DNA of 64,000 nucleotides, from positions 1,260-65,259 of the forward strand of contig DAOUGB010000089.1 of the NCBI GenBank assembly GCA_034429595.1, given 5' to 3'. The notes beneath the pieces are model-generated. The model searched no databases. It saw nothing but the letters and a program-made list of their open reading frames with translations, and was not told where the DNA came from. This DNA comes from Dehalococcoidales bacterium. Lineage in GTDB: Bacteria > Chloroflexota > Dehalococcoidia > Dehalococcoidales > RBG-16-60-22. Shown here piece by piece: positions 35,504-43,746 of this stretch. Every line of letters begins with the position of its first letter. The stretch's first letter is position 1. The translations under genes were made by a program, and so were the position numbers.

Positions 35504-36268
35504 TTACAAAACCAGCACGTTCGCGAATACCTGCCAGGCAAGTAGAGCTTTAGCTGTGAGACTTAGAATAATGTATACTTTTTCACCGAACAGGTAATCG
35601 CGCCAGGGTCCCACTTTCTTGTACTGTAATACCATGTTGACGGCAAAGCAGTTAAAGAAAACAAAGAGAGAAACAATGATGCCGTAGACAAACCCGGGCG
35701 GGGATGTGCTTACCCCGGGCGCAATAACATAGATAACTATGGCAATCCAAGGGATGATACCGGCGAAACTACCAAACCAGAATGGAAGCCAGCTTGGCTT
35801 ACCGGGTCGCTCATACTTTTCCTGTAACGCGCCGAAGAGTATCATGCAGGCGTTAATACCGAAGATGGGCAGTAGAGCGGCAATATCACTGATACCGCAT
35901 ATCTGGGAAATCAGCACGATCATAATCGAAGAGCTGAAGAAATACTCGATCCAGCGCCCGTAATTCCGGCTTTCAAGCAGATTGCGCTTGTACCAGGGGA
36001 AGACCCAGGGAGACGCAATCAGCAGGAGCGCTAAGGCTGATATTGCCATAAAGGCGAAAACACCCCAGCCGGTCTGAATATCCCATATATTGTGAAGTGT
36101 TGCAGGACTGCCGGGAGGCCCTTGCATGAAGGTGGCTGTTACCGGAAGGGAGAAGTTATTGGTAAGTACAGCCATGAGTACTGCCTGTACCGCAAGTACA
36201 AGCCCGACAACAAGGTTCCAGATTCTAAGGTTATTGAGCTTCCGTTCAATGGCCTGGTCAAGAGTCAT
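35504..36268 (-). CDS. Heliorhodopsin
   Basis: 254 aa with 7 TM helices. Collinear with heliorhodopsin 48C12 as I remember it (LPVTATFMQGPPG, RWIEYFFSSSIMIVLISQICGISDIAALL, LQEKY, LPFWFG..AGIIPWIAIVIYVIAPG, PGFVYGIIVSLFVFFN, YIILSLTAKALLAWQVF with the Schiff-base Lys). Strong AAGGAGG RBS. Confidence 0.85.
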   Translation of the reverse strand: MTLDQAIERKLNNLRIWNLVVGLVLAVQAVLMAVLTNNFSLPVTATFMQGPPGSPATLHNIWDIQTGWGVFAFMAISALALLLIASPWVFPWYKRNLLESRNYGRWIEYFFSSSIMIVLISQICGISDIAALLPIFGINACMILFGALQEKYERPGKPSWLPFWFGSFAGIIPWIAIVIYVIAPGVSTSPPGFVYGIIVSLFVFFNCFAVNMVLQYKKVGPWRDYLFGEKVYIILSLTAKALLAWQVFANVLVL

Positions 36269-36424
36269 AATATCCTCCTTTTCATAGCCATAGTCCCTTG
36301 GGGTAAAGAATACGGGAATATTATAAGAACGGGCAATGAGCTTGGATGTAACTTTTGTCTCATCCGGGGAAATATAAGGCAGGCAACGAGGAATACCAGC
36401 TATAAAAAATTACTTTCATACCTA

Positions 36425-36453
36425 TTGCAAAAAGAAAAACGCCATTATATAAT
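36425..36453 (+). promoter_or_regulatory. Sigma-70-like promoter (TTGCAA-N17-TATAAT)
   Basis: Hexamers at 36425-36430 and 36448-36453. Implies a leader of about 110 nt before GTG 36568. Confidence 0.5.
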
Positions 36454-36567
36454 ATCCAACGGTGGTTTTCTGTCTAGGTTATCGCAAATGATAGTACATT
36501 ACTTAAACCTGACCCAGTTACGGATGACCTTAGCTCTAACCAACTAACTGAAGAAAGGAGGTCATCC

Positions 36568-36864
36568 GTGGCTTTTCAGGATAAGACGTTGACATGTTCC
36601 GATTGCGGCACCCAGTTCACGTTCTCCGCTGCGGAACAAGAGTTCTTCCAATCCAAGGGTTATACCAACGAACCCAAACGCTGCCCCACCTGCCGTCAGG
36701 CTAGGAAAGCTGAGCGCGCTGGCACCGGCGGTATGAAGACCCGGCAGATGTATCCTGCTGTCTGCGCCGAATGCGGCAAGGATACGGAAGTACCTTTCGA
36801 GCCTCGCGAGGGCAGACCCGTTTATTGCTCTGACTGCTTTAGCAAAATGCGGACTAACCGCTAA
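36568..36864 (+). CDS. Zinc-ribbon domain protein (two CxxC...CxxC units)
   Basis: Has CSDCG..CPTC and CAECG..CSDC. GTG start after GAAAGGAGG. Confidence 0.65.
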   Translation: MAFQDKTLTCSDCGTQFTFSAAEQEFFQSKGYTNEPKRCPTCRQARKAERAGTGGMKTRQMYPAVCAECGKDTEVPFEPREGRPVYCSDCFSKMRTNR

Positions 36865-36892
36865 ATAGTCCTCTAAAATTGCTGGCACAAAG

Positions 36893-36932
36893 ATAGACCG
36901 GTGAGATTTAGTTTTCACCGGTCTATTTTTTT
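36893..36932 (+). terminator. Rho-independent terminator
   Basis: 11-bp stem ATAGACCGGTG / CACCGGTCTAT followed by T7. Confidence 0.8.
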
Positions 36933-36976
36933 ACAATGGCGCCCGGATAATTTTCACGCTTGCATATTCAAAATGC

Positions 36977-37912
36977 GTGGATTACAATAATCGGAAAAAA
37001 GGCAGAAAATTGGACACGGCTGAATTAGTAATTTCCATCGCCTTTGGCATATTAGGAATCACCGGGATTACCGCGGGTGCTATTTTAACCCGTATTAAAC
37101 GGCGTATGCGTAAAGATGTTACAGTCAGGAGAATCGAGAAAAACACCGATAATGACTTTGATGATTTTTGCGACCTGTTTAAACAGCGGATACGTTATGA
37201 ATTACGCGAGAATCCAGATGACGTCGGTAAATGGCTCGATGATTACCATGAAAGCAAAAAGAACCACCAGCTTACGTTGTATGAATATCTAACGGTTGCC
37301 AAACGTGAAGGCGCTGTTATTGGCTTTATGTTTTTTGAATATTCTGTTCGTACTAAATTTTTATACATCGATTTTCTTGGCGCAAAAGATAATGACGGCG
37401 AGCCGTGTTATCGCAGGGTTACACCTCCTTTGGTAAAAGACTGTTATAAGAGAATGTTGAAAGAAATGCCTGAATGTAAGCTGATAATATTTGAACTGGA
37501 TGATGAGAATGACTCAAGCCTGACCAAGAAACAGCGGCATGATGCTGAAGTCAAAAAGGACTTATTCGGGCTTCAGCTTCAAAGAAACAAAGAGTTAAGA
37601 GCGCGCGGGGCTAAAGCCTATGAAATTTGTATTGACTATCATCAGCCGCCTTTACATAGAAATCAGCAGCAGGGCATAAAGCAGGATTTGGTGATTGTGC
37701 CTTTGGATTGGCCGATTTCAACCGGGGGCAAGACTATCACCAGGGCGCAATTTGGGGAAATATTGCGTTTCCTATTCTTTGAAAGTTATGATACCCTTTC
37801 AGAGTCTCGATACCTTGGCGTTGAATATCATTCTATATTAAATGAGTATTACGAGAAACTTCTTGAAAGCGCGCCGGATAAAATACCGTTAAAGCCGCTC
37901 GTAAGGGAATAG
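36977..37912 (+). CDS. Hypothetical protein with N-terminal TM helix (AT-rich orphan)
   Basis: 311-aa ORF with a GTG start. I recognise no family. Confidence 0.45.
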   Translation: MDYNNRKKGRKLDTAELVISIAFGILGITGITAGAILTRIKRRMRKDVTVRRIEKNTDNDFDDFCDLFKQRIRYELRENPDDVGKWLDDYHESKKNHQLTLYEYLTVAKREGAVIGFMFFEYSVRTKFLYIDFLGAKDNDGEPCYRRVTPPLVKDCYKRMLKEMPECKLIIFELDDENDSSLTKKQRHDAEVKKDLFGLQLQRNKELRARGAKAYEICIDYHQPPLHRNQQQGIKQDLVIVPLDWPISTGGKTITRAQFGEILRFLFFESYDTLSESRYLGVEYHSILNEYYEKLLESAPDKIPLKPLVRE

Positions 37913-37980
37913 TTGCAGTCTTGGATTGAGTGAATTGCCGGGGCTATTGCTTGAAAATAAATGGTGTTAATTGATGCCGG

Positions 37981-38904
37981 TTATTTCCGGTACATATACA
38001 GAGGATTATTATCCGTAATAAGTCTGGTCTGCCGGGACATTTCTTCCCGGAGGTATTTGGGCAGGTTGAACATTCCCTGGTGGGTAATGCCGTCGTAAAA
38101 CTTAAATGCTTTAAGGCTGCGGGCCTTAATCCTTTTATCTACTTCGGCGGGAATTAGTGTTGTGGGGTTTAGGTTGGATGAAGCAAGGCAAAAGCCCCAC
38201 GGCACGCCGAAGCACGGAACGTTTATCGCACATCCAACTACGATGGGAAAAACGCTTTTCAGGGTGTTAAAAACGGCAGTAAAATTCAATAATTCAGTTA
38301 ATGAAGTAGAGCCCGCCTGGACACTAATAATACCATTAGCGGTGAGGCGGTTTATGGCTATCCGGTAAAATTCCTGCGTAAAAAGCATGGCTGCCGGGCC
38401 TTCTTCCATAGGGTCCGGTAAATCAATAATAATCACATCGAATTTATCTTTAGATTGCTCTAAAAAGCCGCGGGCGTCAACATGGTGTAATTCCGTTCTC
38501 TTGTCTTCAAATGACTTGCCGGCATGTTCCGGCAGGTATTTTTTGCTTAAGTTGGTTACCTCTTCATCTATATCCACCATCACCGCTTTTTTAACGGTCT
38601 TATGGCGCAGGACTTCCCGCAACGTGGCGCCCTCGCCGCCACCTGCGATAAATACGGTTTCCGGCATTGGATGGGCGAGCATGGCCGGCTGCACCAGCGC
38701 CTCGTGATAGATAAACTCGTCCCTCTCGGTGGATTGAAGTTTATTATCCAATACCAAGCAAACACCCAGGCCGAAACAACGCACTATCCGGACAGACTGG
38801 TACTGCGTCTTTCCTTCGTAAAGTACCTCTTTAATCCGGTTGCGGTAAACTAGGTTATCGCTAACTTTTTCATTAAGCCATTGATTATCTGGGTCGTTAT
38901 CCAT
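37981..38904 (-). CDS. speE: Spermidine synthase (polyamine aminopropyltransferase)
   Basis: Has GGGEGATLREVLRH, VDIDEEV and IIIDLPDP motifs. Confidence 0.9.
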   Translation of the reverse strand: MDNDPDNQWLNEKVSDNLVYRNRIKEVLYEGKTQYQSVRIVRCFGLGVCLVLDNKLQSTERDEFIYHEALVQPAMLAHPMPETVFIAGGGEGATLREVLRHKTVKKAVMVDIDEEVTNLSKKYLPEHAGKSFEDKRTELHHVDARGFLEQSKDKFDVIIIDLPDPMEEGPAAMLFTQEFYRIAINRLTANGIISVQAGSTSLTELLNFTAVFNTLKSVFPIVVGCAINVPCFGVPWGFCLASSNLNPTTLIPAEVDKRIKARSLKAFKFYDGITHQGMFNLPKYLREEMSRQTRLITDNNPLYMYRK

Positions 38905-38919
38905 AAAAAATCCCGTTTT

Positions 38920-39276
38920 CTAGACGGTTACCAGGACTCCTCTCGGAACTTCAGTAAGAGAATGGTTTTTGGACCCGAGCCTATCGATGAGTACCTCGGC
39001 GGCTATTTCCGGGTTAACGGAGGTGCCGCAGGTAAATACATCGACCGCTGCATAGCCGTATTCCGGCCAGGTATGGATGGAAATGTGAGATTCCGCGATA
39101 ACCACCACCCCGCTCACCCCCTGCGGACTAAAACGATGAAAGGAATTACCGAGTACTACGGCGCCGCAATCGATTGCGGCCTTGACCATGACGTCACGGA
39201 TCAGGTCCAGATCGTTTAGAGCCTCCCGGTTGCAATCGTGAAGCTCTACCAGCAAGTGCCTACCCAAAGCATTCAA
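38920..39276 (-). CDS. speD: S-adenosylmethionine decarboxylase proenzyme (small class 1B type)
   Basis: Has the AESHISIHTWPEYGYAAVDVFTCG self-cleavage motif. Lies directly upstream of speE. Confidence 0.9.
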   Translation of the reverse strand: MNALGRHLLVELHDCNREALNDLDLIRDVMVKAAIDCGAVVLGNSFHRFSPQGVSGVVVIAESHISIHTWPEYGYAAVDVFTCGTSVNPEIAAEVLIDRLGSKNHSLTEVPRGVLVTV

Positions 39277-39505
39277 TCACCTGCCCCCCTTTAAAAATTT
39301 TATTCCCGTTATTTAAAAATGGCCGGGTCGCCGTAAGGTATTTTCTCATTCCTTCTTTCCCGTCTGTTGCTTTACCAAATAAAAATTCCCAGAGCAATAA
39401 AACCACCCCAGGAACCTGCCCAGCTGCCTCTTGATGAAAGCGCGGGGAAACATCATCAAACACGGATGACGGTTAGACTGGTATGTTGATAAAGCCCCTT
39501 TCTTC

Positions 39506-40432
39506 TTACCCGAATACTTTCATATCCAGGTTCTGTTTGATTATTTCACCCAGCTTAGCCAGTTTCTTTTCCTGGTTCAGGCGGGTTTTTAATAGAGAAC
39601 TTTCAATATTTTTTACGATATCTTCAATGCCTGATTCCGTGACGATGATGGGCACGCCCTTTTTTTCTGCTTTGGCGCGGACATTATAAATCGGGGGTTC
39701 GCTGCTGCCGGCCAGTACCATGCAGTTCGTCTGGGTTTCCAGCGCGGCCAGCTGCATATCCGGGCGGTTCTGCCGGATGACTGCCGCTTTACGGCTCTTC
39801 CGCCCGAAGTATTCCGTCCCGGAATCCGGCGTCATGGCGCCCAGCAGAAAGTTTTCCACCAGTTCCCCGGCATTTTCACTGTTGTTGATTATCTTGCCTT
39901 TAATGCTTTCCGCCAGCTCGGCGACAGTAATCGCCAGCAGGACACGGTTCTCCGGGATAACCCCGAGTACTTTAATATCGCCGGTTCCGGCCGTTTCTCT
40001 GGCTTGCTTCAGACGGGTTGGCGGTACTTTATTAATCACTACTCCCAGGAAACTATCGCCGAAGCCTTTATAAAGTGCGGCATATTGGGCTGGCCGTCCG
40101 GTAAAACTTTCCACGGCGATGACTTTGGCCTGCATTTCTTTGGCCGCACCGTAGGCATCTTTGCTATCAGGGTCGGTGGCTTTAGCTCCTAGCCTGGCTT
40201 CCACCAGGACGACGTCCCGCCCCTGGATAATGTCCGGCGCGTTTACGAGGTCGGTCAGGCCGAGGGTCTTCCTCATGAAAGCGATATCGCCATCCGCAAC
40301 GCCTTTTTCCGCGGCCTGCGGCTTCAAATAACCTACTTTTTTATTCGCGTTCAGGAAGTTGATGGCAATACCGGCGCAGATAGCCGTTTTGCCAGTTCCT
40401 TCTTCCGCTGAAACGATATATAAAACGCCCAA
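39506..40432 (-). CDS. BioD-like P-loop domain plus DRTGG domain protein (phosphotransacetylase N-terminal-region-like)
   Basis: Has the P-loop EEGTGKTAICAGIA. The C-terminal part (NCMVLAGSSEPP...GVPIIVTESG) resembles a DRTGG domain. TTG start. Confidence 0.6.
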   Translation of the reverse strand: MGVLYIVSAEEGTGKTAICAGIAINFLNANKKVGYLKPQAAEKGVADGDIAFMRKTLGLTDLVNAPDIIQGRDVVLVEARLGAKATDPDSKDAYGAAKEMQAKVIAVESFTGRPAQYAALYKGFGDSFLGVVINKVPPTRLKQARETAGTGDIKVLGVIPENRVLLAITVAELAESIKGKIINNSENAGELVENFLLGAMTPDSGTEYFGRKSRKAAVIRQNRPDMQLAALETQTNCMVLAGSSEPPIYNVRAKAEKKGVPIIVTESGIEDIVKNIESSLLKTRLNQEKKLAKLGEIIKQNLDMKVFG

Positions 40433-40555
40433 TTTTTGCTCCAGGGTTACTTATATGAATTAACCAATATATTATAATTCATTACGCACGTGACGTAAAG
40501 AGGTTGTACCGGCGAAAGCTTTGTCTTTAGCGGCTATAGGTACCGGGCGAACGTA

Positions 40556-40584
40556 TTGACAAAGATGCCTGATGGGGATATACT
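40556..40584 (+). promoter_or_regulatory. Sigma-70-like promoter (TTGACA-N17-TATACT)
   Basis: Hexamers at 40556-40561 and 40579-40584. Confidence 0.5.
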
Positions 40585-40629
40585 CATGCCGCACTGAAAC
40601 CTGAATAAAGTATTGAGAGGTTTCTAAAA

Positions 40630-41625
40630 ATGAAAAAGTATACTCATGCCTGGCTCGCTTTTATGGCGATTAAGCGGCTGGAGGAAAAAAAGGCAGGGCT
40701 GGCGGATGACGACCGGAAGTACGCCGAGAAGCTAATCAAGTGGTTCAAGGACCATAAAGACGGCGTCATTAACGGCGCCTGGTATCCGGACGACTTAATC
40801 AAGGATATGGCGGACAAACACGTGCTGAAATTCGCGCCTTATGATAAGGCGCCGGCGGGAACGGTCTCCATGCCCCCGGAGAAAATAAAAGCGCTGCCGA
40901 AAGAATACCTTATCTACCAGTATGGAGAGCAATCGCCGGTGCGGCAGAAGGCGTTCAACGTAACCGACCCGAATGACAACCTGCCCGACCGCTGCGAGTC
41001 CATCGCCGAGGCGGTCATCGACCAGCTGAAGGTGCAGGAGGACCAGGATAAAGGCTCGCCGGTAGCGCCGACGGATAACCAGGTGGCGCTGTGGCTTTTC
41101 ATGTTGAGTCATTACGTGGCGGATGCGCATGTGCCGGTCCACTGCGACAGCCGGCCGTTTTCCAGCGGGAAAAACATCCACGGCCTGATGGAAAAAACCT
41201 GGGATGATGAGATTAAAAAATTCTTTGAAATCGATAAGCCGAACAACCGGTTTTTCTACGATATCGGCGGCTACCCGGCCCGCGCGGTGAAAAAGAACAG
41301 CGAAAAAGCCTACGAGAAGTCGTTTTTAAGCGCGGTCGAGGAAGAATTGCAGCAGAGGGCTTACGAGTCTACGTTCGGCCCCGGCAATAAAAACGTCTGG
41401 GACTTCATGAACGCCATCTGCCACCGGTCTTATCTGGTATCGTACCGCTTCTTTCCGCCGCAATACGAGTGCGGAGATGTCACCGGAGAAAACTGGAAAA
41501 CGCTGGCCTCGCCGGAGCTATCGCTGGAGCAGCTAAGCGCCGCCGTGCTGGCGGATGCTATCGATTCCATCTCCCGCGTCTGGTTCAGAATCTGGCGCCG
41601 GTATGAGAAGTGGGTACATAGATAG
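40630..41625 (+). CDS. Putative zinc-dependent phospholipase C / S1-P1 nuclease superfamily protein
   Basis: N-terminal THAWLA and LSHYVADAHVPVHCD resemble the metal-ligand motifs of that fold. This is a weak call. Confidence 0.35.
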   Translation: MKKYTHAWLAFMAIKRLEEKKAGLADDDRKYAEKLIKWFKDHKDGVINGAWYPDDLIKDMADKHVLKFAPYDKAPAGTVSMPPEKIKALPKEYLIYQYGEQSPVRQKAFNVTDPNDNLPDRCESIAEAVIDQLKVQEDQDKGSPVAPTDNQVALWLFMLSHYVADAHVPVHCDSRPFSSGKNIHGLMEKTWDDEIKKFFEIDKPNNRFFYDIGGYPARAVKKNSEKAYEKSFLSAVEEELQQRAYESTFGPGNKNVWDFMNAICHRSYLVSYRFFPPQYECGDVTGENWKTLASPELSLEQLSAAVLADAIDSISRVWFRIWRRYEKWVHR

Positions 41626-41712
41626 CCGGGGAAGGGCAACCAATGCAACCAGCATTCCGTTAGCCGCCGGCGGATGATAGACATACGTGCGGTGAAAGTC
41701 TATAATTTCACT

Positions 41713-42240
41713 ATGAATCCTCAAACTAAACCACCGGTTTTAATCTCCGCGAAAGAAATAAAAGCAACCATCAAACGTCTGGCGGCGGAAATCACCCGGG
41801 ACTACCGGGATAAAAATCCGATTTTACTGGGTATTCTTAAAGGTTCCTGCTTTTTTATGGCGGACCTTGCCAGAGAGCTGGATTTCCCGCTGGAAATAGA
41901 GTTTGTCAGGTGCTCCAGCTACGGCAGCGGGCGGCAGAGTTCCGGCAGCGTTAAAATGGTACGCGGCCTGCGCCTGAAGGTGAAAGGCCGGCATGTGCTG
42001 GTAGTTGAAGATATTATAGACACGGGAAACACTGTCGCATTTTTGATGGACTACCTAAAAAAGAAGAAACCGGCCTCGGTTAAAATATGCGCGCTGACCG
42101 ATAAGCCTTCCCGCAGAAGGGTGCCGTTAAAAATAGATTATACGGGAATCACCGTACCGGATAAATTTATCGTCGGTTTTGGTATTGATTGTGATGAAAA
42201 ATACCGCAACCTGCCGGACATTTGCTACCTGGAGGACTGA
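41713..42240 (+). CDS. hpt: Hypoxanthine phosphoribosyltransferase
   Basis: Has LLGILKGSCFFMADL, VLVVEDIIDTGNT and DYTGI..PDKFIVGFG motifs. Confidence 0.9.
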   Translation: MNPQTKPPVLISAKEIKATIKRLAAEITRDYRDKNPILLGILKGSCFFMADLARELDFPLEIEFVRCSSYGSGRQSSGSVKMVRGLRLKVKGRHVLVVEDIIDTGNTVAFLMDYLKKKKPASVKICALTDKPSRRRVPLKIDYTGITVPDKFIVGFGIDCDEKYRNLPDICYLED

Positions 42241-43053
42241 TTGGTCGACGATACCAGCGATATCAGGCAGTTTTATGACGATAGCGTCGAAAAAGAAAGC
42301 GGTCGTCTGGACAGGCACCAGCTGGAACGCGATATGACTTGGCGCTACCTGGATAAATACCTCCCAAGGCGGGGGAAAATCCTGGAAATCGGCGCCGCCT
42401 CCGGCGCTTATACAATTCCTCTCGCCAAGCGCGGCTATACCGTTACCGCCGTCGATTTCTCCCCCGGATTGCTGGAAGCCTGTAAAAAAAGAGTCAAAGA
42501 TGAGAAGCTGGGAGAAAAGGTAACCTGCCTGGTGGCCGACGCGCGCGACCTTAGCGCGGTCATGGGAAATGACTATGACGTGGCACTCATCATGGGGCCG
42601 CTTTACCACCTGATTCTGGAAGAAGACCGGAAAGCGGTGTTGCAGCAGGCCTTTCTGCGTTTAAAAAAAGGCGGACTAATATTCTCCACCTTTATCAGCC
42701 GGTACGGCATCTGGGGAGACGTGATGAAGGACCTCCCGCAATACATCGAGTTTCAGAAAGATGTGCGGTCCGTTATTCATGAGGGAAAAGATGCCGATTT
42801 AGCATATCAGAAAGGTAACTTCCGCGGCTATTTTGCCACAGTTGAAGAAATTACACCGCTGCATGAGCAGGCGGGGTTTAAAACGCTGGCGCTGGCCGGG
42901 ATAGAAACCGGCGGCATCCGCGATGAAATGTATAATTCCCTCCAAGGTAAAAGACGGCAACTCTGGCTGGATTTGCTGTTCTCTATCAGCACGGAGAAAT
43001 CCATCATCGGAGCGTCAAATCATCTCCTTTATATTGGGGAAAAGGAGGAGTAG
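42241..43053 (+). CDS. Class I SAM-dependent methyltransferase
   Basis: ILEIGAASGAYTIPLAKRGYTVTAVDFS is SAM-binding motif I with the post-I acidic residue. Confidence 0.8.
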   Translation: MVDDTSDIRQFYDDSVEKESGRLDRHQLERDMTWRYLDKYLPRRGKILEIGAASGAYTIPLAKRGYTVTAVDFSPGLLEACKKRVKDEKLGEKVTCLVADARDLSAVMGNDYDVALIMGPLYHLILEEDRKAVLQQAFLRLKKGGLIFSTFISRYGIWGDVMKDLPQYIEFQKDVRSVIHEGKDADLAYQKGNFRGYFATVEEITPLHEQAGFKTLALAGIETGGIRDEMYNSLQGKRRQLWLDLLFSISTEKSIIGASNHLLYIGEKEE

Positions 43054-43056
43054 CGG

Positions 43057-43746
43057 GTGAAAAAGCTGCTGCTTTTTGATATCGATGGGACTTTACTCCG
43101 GGCGGAAGGCGCTACCCATAGAGCCATTAACCGGACATTTCAGGAACTATTCAATGTACGGCAAACTGTGGATGTCCGTGTTTTGATCGGGGCTACCGAC
43201 CGCGGTATTTTTAAAAATGTCGCCGGGAAGCTTCTCGGTAGGCAATTGTCAGATAAGGAACTGAAGGCCGTAGAAAAACGTTATCTTGAGCTTCTCCCCG
43301 GAGAACTGGCCGTGGTCAACTTTCACATTAAGCCGGGCGTTAAAGAGTTGCTGCCGCTGCTTTCCGCCAGGGAAGATGTTATCCTGGGACTGGAAACCGG
43401 CAACCTGGAACCGGCGGCTTTGATGAAGCTAAAACAGGGAAATATCGACGGCTATTTCAAATGCGGCGGGTTTGGCTCTGATAGCGAAAACCGTACGATA
43501 ATCATCCGCAAGGCCATCGAAAGAGCAAGCCGCCTGAACGGTGGGGCAATCAAGCCGGAAAATATTTACGTTATCGGTGATGCCCCTACCGACATCAATG
43601 CCGGGCAAGAAGCGGGCATCGTTACTATAGCTGTCGGTACCGGGCTCCTTCCTAAAGAAGAAGTGATGGCCGCAAAACCGGACTATTTCCTGAATGATTT
43701 AAGCGATATTCCGAAATTCCTAAAATGTATAGGGTGTGAACGATGA
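43057..43746 (+). CDS. HAD-superfamily hydrolase
   Basis: Has LLLFDIDGTLL (the DxDxT motif) and a C-terminal GDAPTD motif. Confidence 0.8.
   Translation: MKKLLLFDIDGTLLRAEGATHRAINRTFQELFNVRQTVDVRVLIGATDRGIFKNVAGKLLGRQLSDKELKAVEKRYLELLPGELAVVNFHIKPGVKELLPLLSAREDVILGLETGNLEPAALMKLKQGNIDGYFKCGGFGSDSENRTIIIRKAIERASRLNGGAIKPENIYVIGDAPTDINAGQEAGIVTIAVGTGLLPKEEVMAAKPDYFLNDLSDIPKFLKCIGCER

Noticed and set aside
36562-36918. 118-aa minus-strand ORF.
   Set aside because: It is exactly antisense to the zinc-ribbon gene. That gene has an RBS, four CxxC motifs and its own promoter and terminator.
38881-39463. ORFs 38881..39219(+) and 39260..39463(-) around speD.
   Set aside because: The first is antisense to the well-supported speD gene. 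The second lies in the speD upstream region and has no RBS or motif.
32925-40432. Retinal/carotenoid biosynthesis genes (crtB/I/Y, blh) near the heliorhodopsin.
   Set aside because: None found. The prenyltransferase-repeat protein and ispH at 54-56 kb are too distant and too generic to count as evidence.
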